Shown in pieces: positions 56,977 to 64,000 of a DNA stretch of 64,000 bases. Numbering within the stretch: position 1 is the first letter of the stretch; every line of letters begins with the position of its first letter. Under the pieces are notes generated by a model. It saw only the letters and a program-made list of their open reading frames with translations, did no database searches and was not told the origin of the DNA. Both the position numbers and the translations under genes were made by a program. The stretch is from a virus. The DNA is taken from the IMG/VR virus record IMGVR_UViG_3300037010_003037, positions 32,001-96,000 of that record; one strand, written 5' to 3'.

Positions 56977-57957
56977 ATGTTAAAGTCAGTAACACTTGAG
57001 AGTTTGATTAAGGAACGTCTACATCTTAGACGTTCCCGTACTGGTTGGGATGTTGGAAAGTGTCAGGTTTGCAATGATTATAAGGATCGTGCTGGCTTTA
57101 AATTTGAAAATAACTATGTTGTTTATAATTGTTGGAACTGTGGCACTACTTCTCGTTATGAGGAAGGTAGTGGGCATATTTCAAAGAACATGCGACGCAT
57201 CCTAAATGCGTATGGATTTGACGATACTGAGATTAGTGATGTAGTTAACTCAACATTTTTCAAGCCAATACAAAAGGCAGAAGTTATTACTCTAAGCTCT
57301 ATTTCAAAAATAAACACTAATACTCCTACTGTTAAACTTCCACCAAAATCTTATCGTATAGGGTCAGATGAATTTACTGATTATCAAGAAAAGTTAGTAT
57401 CTTACTTAATCAATCGAAAAATTGATTTGATTAAATATCCATTTTATTTTTCAATGGAAACTCGATTTATTAATCGTGTTATAATTCCTTTCTATCGAAA
57501 TGGGCATTTGATTTATTGGCAGGCACGCTCAATAGACGAGTCTGAAAAGAAACGGTATGATAATTCGCCAGTTTCTCGTAATGCTGTTATTTTCAACTTT
57601 GATCAGCTTTACACATATTCTCCTGGACCATTATTTGTTACTGAAGGGGTATTTGATGCGATGATCGTAAATGGTGTCGCGATTCTTGGAAGTAAGCTAA
57701 ATGATGCAAAAATTGAACTGTTTTCTAAGACTAATCGACGATTAGTTTTTGTGATAGATAAAGATAAGAATGGTAAGCAATTAGCTGAAGACGTTCTTTC
57801 AAGAGGATGGGAGATTGCATTTGCACCAGATGGTGCAAGTGACATCAACAATGCTGCTCAGCGCTTTGGAAAAATTTGGACAATTCAGCAGCTCTTTAAG
57901 AGCATTCCCAAAACAACAAGTGAAGCACAATTAGCAATCAACATAAACTGCAAATGA
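56977..57957 (+). CDS. DNA primase (gp61-like)
   Basis: Zn-finger CQVC...CWNC; TOPRIM VTEGVFDA and DKD. Confidence 0.9.
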   Translation: MLKSVTLESLIKERLHLRRSRTGWDVGKCQVCNDYKDRAGFKFENNYVVYNCWNCGTTSRYEEGSGHISKNMRRILNAYGFDDTEISDVVNSTFFKPIQKAEVITLSSISKINTNTPTVKLPPKSYRIGSDEFTDYQEKLVSYLINRKIDLIKYPFYFSMETRFINRVIIPFYRNGHLIYWQARSIDESEKKRYDNSPVSRNAVIFNFDQLYTYSPGPLFVTEGVFDAMIVNGVAILGSKLNDAKIELFSKTNRRLVFVIDKDKNGKQLAEDVLSRGWEIAFAPDGASDINNAAQRFGKIWTIQQLFKSIPKTTSEAQLAININCK

Positions 57958-58229
57958 ACAACAAATACGACTATACAAATCTTATTGAACTTTTATTGGT
58001 AGCACCTGAAGATCAACTTGATCCATCAGTACGTTCTTTGATTGAGAAGTGGAACCGACCAATGCCAAAGGCAGTACAAGTTCTTGAGGTGCTTTACAAA
58101 TGTGTTTTCTCTTCACGGTGCTCTGATTTTGTTGTTGGTACACTTGAAACAATCTATGAGCGGGCGCTTGAGAATGAAAATGTAACTCGCGCTGAAATTG
58201 AAAAACTTGTTGCATGGTATGATCTATAA
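57954..58229 (+). CDS. Hypothetical protein
   Basis: 91-aa ORF coupled between primase and helicase. Confidence 0.65.
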   Translation: MNNKYDYTNLIELLLVAPEDQLDPSVRSLIEKWNRPMPKAVQVLEVLYKCVFSSRCSDFVVGTLETIYERALENENVTRAEIEKLVAWYDL

Positions 58230-59569
58230 TGGAACTTGAAAAACAAAAACTGCTAGTTAGCGCTCTCGCTAGTAATCGCGATCTTATGGCGCTGTGTTCT
58301 AGTATTATCAAACCATCATACTTTGATCCATCTCTCAAGAAGTCAGTTCGCTTCTTGAAAGAATACTTTGAGAAATATAAGGATGTACCTCGTGCTCAAG
58401 TAATACGAGCTGAAACAGGTATTATCCTGGATGATGTTGGAGAGATTAACAAAGCTGAAATGAAGTTCGTCTCTGAGGAGATTGAGACATTCTGCCGTAA
58501 TAGGGCCATGACAGAAGCAATTCTTGCTGGTCCAGAACTTATTCAAAAAGGTGACTTTGGCAAAATCCTGAATGTTCTTAAAGATGCCATTTCAGTAGGG
58601 CTAGTTAAAGACCTAGGAATGGATTATTTCTCTAATCCAGAAGAGCGTTTAAAGAACACCCTTGTTACACAAGCTAGAATATCAACTGGTTGGGCTGAAC
58701 TAGATGATCTTACAGGTGGGGGTCTTAGTAGACAGGAACTTATCATGTTTGCTGCTAACTCTGGTGGTGGTAAGTCAATGACAATGCTGAACTTAGGAAA
58801 AAACCTTCTTGCGCAGGGATTGAATGGTGTTTATATCTCTCTTGAAATGTCAGAGTCAGTAGTTTCTAAACGTCTTGACTCAATGATTTCAATGATTGGG
58901 CAGGATAATCTTCTCAAGGAAATGCAAAAGGTAGCTTCTATCATTGAGAAAGCTAGCGGTAAGATGGGTAAGTTCATCATCAAGCGGATGCCTGAAAACA
59001 GAACTAATATCAATACGATTCGTTCGTACTTGCTTCAACTAGAACAAGCAACAGGGTTTCGCCCCGATTTCATCATTATTGATTACATTGACATCATGGG
59101 AACTACCATGAGCATTTCAATGGATAACTTATTCATCAAGGACAAATACGTTACTGAAGAAGTTAGAAGCTTAGGATATGATTTTGATTGTATCATGATA
59201 AGTGCTTCACAGCTTGGGCGTGGAGCAATTGATGCAGAAAAACTAAGTCAGGCACACATTCAAGGTGGAATTTCAAAGATAAATACATCTGATTATACCA
59301 TCGGTATTAAGCAAGATGATTTGATGAGAGCCTCTGGTGAAATCTACTTTGAAGGGTTAAAGACCCGAAATTCAGCTGGAACTGGGGTACGAAAACTTTT
59401 AGGATGGGATCCAATTTCCCTGAACATTATCTCTCTTCAGAAAAAAGAGAATCAATTACAACTTAACCGCAAATCAAAACCGGCAATTTTGAATTCTAGT
59501 AGTACACTTTTTGAACGAGAAGATGCTACAAAGAAAGATGAAGGCATTTTTAGTTTGATGAACACGTAA
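58229..59569 (+). CDS. Replicative DnaB-family helicase (gp41-like)
   Basis: STGW, ANSGGGKS, YISLEM, IIDY, SASQLGR, KTRN. Confidence 0.93.
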   Translation: MELEKQKLLVSALASNRDLMALCSSIIKPSYFDPSLKKSVRFLKEYFEKYKDVPRAQVIRAETGIILDDVGEINKAEMKFVSEEIETFCRNRAMTEAILAGPELIQKGDFGKILNVLKDAISVGLVKDLGMDYFSNPEERLKNTLVTQARISTGWAELDDLTGGGLSRQELIMFAANSGGGKSMTMLNLGKNLLAQGLNGVYISLEMSESVVSKRLDSMISMIGQDNLLKEMQKVASIIEKASGKMGKFIIKRMPENRTNINTIRSYLLQLEQATGFRPDFIIIDYIDIMGTTMSISMDNLFIKDKYVTEEVRSLGYDFDCIMISASQLGRGAIDAEKLSQAHIQGGISKINTSDYTIGIKQDDLMRASGEIYFEGLKTRNSAGTGVRKLLGWDPISLNIISLQKKENQLQLNRKSKPAILNSSSTLFEREDATKKDEGIFSLMNT

Positions 59570-59583
59570 CAAGGAGAAAACAT

Positions 59584-59832
59584 ATGAAAATTGAAACACC
59601 AACTAATCTAACAATTGATGGTAAAGACTACGCTGTCGCTGACTTTAGTGACAAGGTTAAAAATTTGGTTGCAATTCGCACTGAATGGCAGAATGAAGCA
59701 CAAAAAGAGCGTTTAGCACTTACAAAAACTGAAGCCGCTATCAGAGCTCTTGATGCTGAACTTGCACAACTAGTTAGTGCTGAACTCTCAGAAAAGAATG
59801 GTGCAGCAAATGATGCTGAAATAGCATCATAA
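59584..59832 (+). CDS. Small coiled-coil hypothetical protein
   Basis: AAGGAG RBS; LTIDGKDY N-terminus. Confidence 0.75.
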   Translation: MKIETPTNLTIDGKDYAVADFSDKVKNLVAIRTEWQNEAQKERLALTKTEAAIRALDAELAQLVSAELSEKNGAANDAEIAS

Positions 59833-59854
59833 AAGCATAACTTTTTATTAAAAT

Positions 59855-59877
59855 CAGGGGCCTTAAGGCCCCTGTTG
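59855..59877 (+). terminator. Hairpin, probable terminator
   Basis: caggggcc-ttaa-ggcccctg. Confidence 0.65.
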
Positions 59878-59896
59878 TGCATGAAAATACATTATC

Positions 59897-59904
59897 TATA
59901 AATA
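59897..59904 (+). promoter_or_regulatory. T4-type late promoter TATAAATA
   Basis: Exact octamer; implies the gene starts at 59946 rather than 59877. Confidence 0.65.
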
Positions 59905-59945
59905 CATTGTTGACTCTTAACCTTCTACTATATCATTATTATTTC

Positions 59946-62900
59946 ATGGCACATCTTCTAAAAAATGTCGTCTTATTTGAAGGCATAACTCATCTTGAGG
60001 ATTTACCACTCGATGAGTTTATTCGCACGGTTGAAACACTAAAAGATAAGATAATTACTGAAAAGTTAGATGGAGCAAACCTTTGGTTTGGTCTAGATGA
60101 GAACGGGCTATTTACATCTAGAGAAGGTAAAACACCAAAGAATTCTCGATTCTATAGTGTTAGTGATTATGCCATGGTGGCGGCATATAATGGATTTAGA
60201 GCAGCCCATTTAGCCCTTGAGGCAGTCGAACCAATCATTCGAAAGTATTTTCAACAGGGTGATACTGCTGAAATTGAAGTTCTGTTTGGTCGTCAACCAA
60301 ACACAGTACCTTATGGAGTTAATGACAAGAATTTCATTGTTATTCTAAGGGCAGTTAATGACACACCAGATGAGCGGATTCAGAAACTTGCAAATGCTTT
60401 ACAAAATAAGGTAGTTACTGTAAAATCAACAGTAATATCTTCACCAGATGGTGAACAACTTCAACAAGAAGATGTAAAAATGAAGTGGGAGTTCACTAAA
60501 ACAACTCCTATCAATACCAAACAGGTTAATACTAAGGAAGCAATGAAGCTTCTTAGTGAACTTAAGATGTATCTAAAGCAGAAGAACAACGTTCTTCCAG
60601 AAATGACGAATGCGCAAGTTGCTGAGCTCAAATTATCATCAGTACCTAAAGATCAAAGAGAAGAAGCTAAAAAAGAACGTGAAAGAGTCAATGCCTACAT
60701 TATGACCAATTTCAAAGGTCCAATAAAAGAGCTATTGCTCAACAACCTTGTTCGTAAAATTAAACCATTCTTACAAGCAAAAGATCTTGACTCATCTGAG
60801 GAAATTGGTGTAGAAGGTGTTGTTGTTCGTGATCCTGTTTCTGGTTCACAGATAAAGATTGTTGATAAAGACGTGTTTACAGCCATCAACTCCTTCAATA
60901 ATGAAGTTCGCAATATTATTTCTGGTCTTGTAAGAACAACAGATCAAGATGCACCTATTGAAGCACGAGGCGGAGTGTTCGGACAAGCAAAAATTCGTAT
61001 TGCTAATCTTCTAGGTGTTAAAGAGCTGGCAGCATCTTCGTCTGCTAAACGCTTTATCAGTAAATTTAAGCAGAATGATCCAATATCAACAGCTGATGCT
61101 TTAGCTAAAAGTCTAAAGATTACAAATCTTTCATCAATTAAAACAAAGATATCAGCTATTCTCAAGAGCACACTTCAAGATATTGATGAAATATTGAATG
61201 ATTTCAAACAAGAAGCTGGAAAGCTTAAACTTAAACTAAAAACTGGAAAAGAAATCGGTATAAGTCCTGAAGTTATGAACCGCACGCTTACCGCATTTGC
61301 GGAAACTAAAGCTGATATCAATAGACTTAACAAATTAGTGCAAAAAAGTAGTACTCCAATAGAACTTATACTGGCTTTGTATGGTAGAACAATCGAATCA
61401 CTCTTTAATGGAGATAAAACCGAAGTGAAAGAATCATTCAACTTAATAAAATCTTTACAAGAAGAAGGTGATAGTGGTAGTGTAGATTCAGGAGCTGCAA
61501 ACAATGGAACAGAAGCTCAACTTTCTAATCCTGCCGGGTATATATCATCTGTTCAAACAGGTGCTATTGCATCTGTGCCATTCAAGCTTCTTAAAGGCTC
61601 GAAGATTGTTCAACGCAGAAAGAGAAATTTCACTCGACCTAAAAAGTTCCCCACACCGCAATCACGTTCAGAGTTTAAGCCGACCAGTGAAGGTGGGGAT
61701 TTTTCACTGATTAAGACTATCAGTGAAGACTGGTCACATGTAAAAGACATGAAATTTGCAACTGATGTTGATGATTCTGCATTAGCTAAATCTGATGTTG
61801 AATTTTCACGGTTAAGAAATAACCTTAATATAAGTGATAACGTTTCAGCGATGGACGTTGACCGTTATTTAGACAAAGCACATGAACTAAATAATGAAGT
61901 TGACAGTATAGTCTTTGGCATGGAAACAGATGATGGTAGTATTGTAAAGGTATGGGTAAATGCGCAAGAGGCAGATAACTTTGAAGCAGCTCTAGCTAAA
62001 TTACTTGGTCAAGAAGATGATGTAGAAAAAGTCATTAATATGTTAGCTGATAAGTTTGATATCGTTGATGTTGAATGGCCAGAAAGCATGCAACATGGAA
62101 CAGAAGACTCTACTGATAAATCTTTAGATAATTATTCACAGGATAATAGTGATATAAAAGATGATGATAATTTTGATTCAAATAAAGAATTGAGTCCTGA
62201 AGATAATACTGAAGACGCCTCTGAAAATGATGACATTTATCTTGGAACAGAATCTGATAAGGATGAAGAGAATGAAGATGAAGAGAATGAAGATGAAGAT
62301 GAAGATGAAGAGAATGAAGATGAAGATGAAGATGAAGAGAATGAAGATGAAGAGAATGAAGATGAAGACGAAGAGAATGAAGATGAAGATGAAGATGAAG
62401 AGAATGAAGATGAAGAGAATGAAGATGAAGAGAATGAAGATGAAGAGAATGAAGATGAAGACGTTTTTCTTGGAACAAAATCTGATAAGGATGAAGATGA
62501 GGAAGAAATTTCTTCTAAAAAGGAAACTAAGTCCAATATAATTGGTAAAGAAAAACCAAAAAGTAAAAAAGCAAAAGACATAAAAAAGGAGTCAGTTATG
62601 TTAACATACGGTCAACGATTTAAGGAAAAAATTCTTTCTGAAGAAAATCAAAAGAAAGATAGAAACAAAAATTATAGGGAAAAGAATGATCTTGAACAAC
62701 AAGAAGACCCTATTGTTATTGCTTCTCGTGCAAAGAATAAGAAGCAAGTTGATGATCTTATAAAATCATTTCCAACGGCGAGCCAAAAAGCAATAATCAC
62801 TTTAATGCTTACACTCGGCGCACCAGCGAACGCGATGAAGATTCATAAAACTGATCTTCGCGAAAATATTGAACCTGTTGCAGAAAAGTATCGCAAGAAC

Positions 62901-63512
62901 AGCGCATTTAGAACCTGGGTTCATAAGCTTATGTCTGCTATTTCGTCAAATTCATCTTCAATGAATGAAGAAGCTGTTCTTGAAGATAGTCATTTTGAAA
63001 GTATGCTTTCTAATAAGTATCAGCGCGTCATTTACTATATTCTTAAAGCGCTTGGTTTACCAGAATCAATTGAAATTACTGCAGCACGTGCCCTTAAAAA
63101 GGGTATTCGTTCAACAGCCGAACTGATTATGGACGATAGTCGTGCACGCTTGTATCTTATGTCTGTTGCTGAACAACTTGGGATAAATGATAAAGTTGAA
63201 AATGATTCTGAACCTTCGGAATACGTCAAAGAAGAAACTGTTTTAGAACATAACAATGTAGAAGAAGCGATTGCTGTGCTAACTGATCTACTTACCACAC
63301 TTGGTTTTGATACTACTCGTAATTCGTCAATAGCTATGCAGGCACAACGAGTTAACGCGCGTAAAGCCTTTTTTAAACTTGCAGCTAACCCAACATTATT
63401 GAAGCGTTTGACTATGATCACTAACATGATTAAAAACAAAATCGCTGATCATACACAATCTCCATCTTCATTTTCATCTCCACAGACTATGAATGATAAT
63501 ATTCAAAGATGA
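59946..63512 (+). CDS. Large late multidomain protein: ligase/nucleotidyltransferase-like N-terminus, acidic tract, helical repeats
   Basis: GITHLEDL, EKLDGAN, EGVVVR, KIVDK; D/E tract; late promoter. Confidence 0.75.
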   Translation: MAHLLKNVVLFEGITHLEDLPLDEFIRTVETLKDKIITEKLDGANLWFGLDENGLFTSREGKTPKNSRFYSVSDYAMVAAYNGFRAAHLALEAVEPIIRKYFQQGDTAEIEVLFGRQPNTVPYGVNDKNFIVILRAVNDTPDERIQKLANALQNKVVTVKSTVISSPDGEQLQQEDVKMKWEFTKTTPINTKQVNTKEAMKLLSELKMYLKQKNNVLPEMTNAQVAELKLSSVPKDQREEAKKERERVNAYIMTNFKGPIKELLLNNLVRKIKPFLQAKDLDSSEEIGVEGVVVRDPVSGSQIKIVDKDVFTAINSFNNEVRNIISGLVRTTDQDAPIEARGGVFGQAKIRIANLLGVKELAASSSAKRFISKFKQNDPISTADALAKSLKITNLSSIKTKISAILKSTLQDIDEILNDFKQEAGKLKLKLKTGKEIGISPEVMNRTLTAFAETKADINRLNKLVQKSSTPIELILALYGRTIESLFNGDKTEVKESFNLIKSLQEEGDSGSVDSGAANNGTEAQLSNPAGYISSVQTGAIASVPFKLLKGSKIVQRRKRNFTRPKKFPTPQSRSEFKPTSEGGDFSLIKTISEDWSHVKDMKFATDVDDSALAKSDVEFSRLRNNLNISDNVSAMDVDRYLDKAHELNNEVDSIVFGMETDDGSIVKVWVNAQEADNFEAALAKLLGQEDDVEKVINMLADKFDIVDVEWPESMQHGTEDSTDKSLDNYSQDNSDIKDDDNFDSNKELSPEDNTEDASENDDIYLGTESDKDEENEDEENEDEDEDEENEDEDEDEENEDEENEDEDEENEDEDEDEENEDEENEDEENEDEENEDEDVFLGTKSDKDEDEEEISSKKETKSNIIGKEKPKSKKAKDIKKESVMLTYGQRFKEKILSEENQKKDRNKNYREKNDLEQQEDPIVIASRAKNKKQVDDLIKSFPTASQKAIITLMLTLGAPANAMKIHKTDLRENIEPVAEKYRKNSAFRTWVHKLMSAISSNSSSMNEEAVLEDSHFESMLSNKYQRVIYYILKALGLPESIEITAARALKKGIRSTAELIMDDSRARLYLMSVAEQLGINDKVENDSEPSEYVKEETVLEHNNVEEAIAVLTDLLTTLGFDTTRNSSIAMQAQRVNARKAFFKLAANPTLLKRLTMITNMIKNKIADHTQSPSSFSSPQTMNDNIQR
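62241..62500 (+). repeat. Acidic tandem repeat (gatgaagagaatgaa and gatgaa units) flanked by a ~29-bp direct repeat
   Basis: DEENE/DE units; cttggaaca(g/a)aatctgataaggatgaaga at 62241 and 62469. Confidence 0.95.
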
Positions 63513-63658
63513 TACTATTTTGAAATATTTGTTAAGTGAAATGTAATACTTGCTTTAATAGCTTCAAATGATATTGCTATTATTGAACAAGAAATGTAAA
63601 TTAAGCTTTAATGTTGAAGAAGCAAATAAATTGAGATTTGATCTTAGTGTAAAATAAA

Positions 63659-64000
63659 ATGAAATTTGCTTACCCAGATCTTCAGGCGACATCAGTTCAG
63701 GGTTTACGCCTTTACGAAACTCCTGAGGGAAACTTTTATCCTTCAATCACTACTATTTTAGGCAAGACTATGCCTAAGGAAAAGGCTGATGCATTGAAGA
63801 AATGGCAGCTTTCTCTGGGTCCTTTGGCTGATAAAAAATCTAAAGAGGCTACCGATAAGGGAACCGCAGTGCATTTACTTGCAGAGCGGTTCCTTAAAGG
63901 TGAAGAGCTTATTAAACCTGGAGAAAAATTTGATACTAATTCCATTAGCTCTTTTAATGGACTTAAATTGAAGCTAAAAAAGGTTGAAGAGGTATGGGGG
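63659..64000 (+). CDS. 5' part of a PD-(D/E)XK (Cas4/RecB-like) phage exonuclease, truncated by window end
   Basis: MKFAYPDL...RLYETPEGNFYPSITTILG...KW...GTAVHLLAE; open to the window end. Confidence 0.75.
   Translation, partial: MKFAYPDLQATSVQGLRLYETPEGNFYPSITTILGKTMPKEKADALKKWQLSLGPLADKKSKEATDKGTAVHLLAERFLKGEELIKPGEKFDTNSISSFNGLKLKLKKVEEVWG

Noticed and set aside
62227-62581. Alternative-frame ORFs (poly-MK, poly-S, poly-LH) and a CRISPR-like look of the repeat
   Set aside because: Shadows of the acidic repeat; there are no unique spacers
620-63945. Numerous short ORFs antisense to or nested within long genes
   Set aside because: No RBS or motifs; typical shadow ORFs of the real coding strand
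1-64000. Stop-codon recoding
   Set aside because: Conserved genes are full length in code 11 and end in TAA, TGA or TAG; the one internal TAA noticed is isolated

Overview
This 64-kb window is an AT-rich segment of a large T4-related (jumbo-type) dsDNA phage genome, read almost entirely on the + strand in the standard genetic code. Recognisable genes: two-subunit type IIA topoisomerase, DnaJ, ThyA, a macrodomain protein, an R-S-E ADP-ribosyltransferase, a fibre/structural module, PhoH, two RNA ligases, a family B DNA polymerase with a 170-aa mini-intein, a probable sliding clamp, RNase H/5'-3' exonuclease, a lytic transglycosylase, primase and helicase. Two promoter classes are visible: sigma70/T4-early-like (TTTACA-N17-TATAAT) and T4-late-like (TATAAATA/TAAATA). 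The most interesting region is a ~10.5-kb modification cluster at 28.9-39.4 kb. It encodes three glycosyltransferase-like genes, three mosaic SGNH paralogues, a radical SAM enzyme, a 36-aa peptide and a carbamoyltransferase. A detached glycosyltransferase-methyltransferase fusion lies at 43.2 kb. Late-type promoters in front of these genes suggest virion decoration rather than DNA modification. Also notable are late genes with N-terminal L-x-E (prohead-protease-like) motifs, including the ADP-ribosyltransferase and a ligase-fold polyprotein, which may be packaged and injected. No tRNA, rRNA or CRISPR array was recognised. All product calls come from reading motifs by eye, not from database searches.
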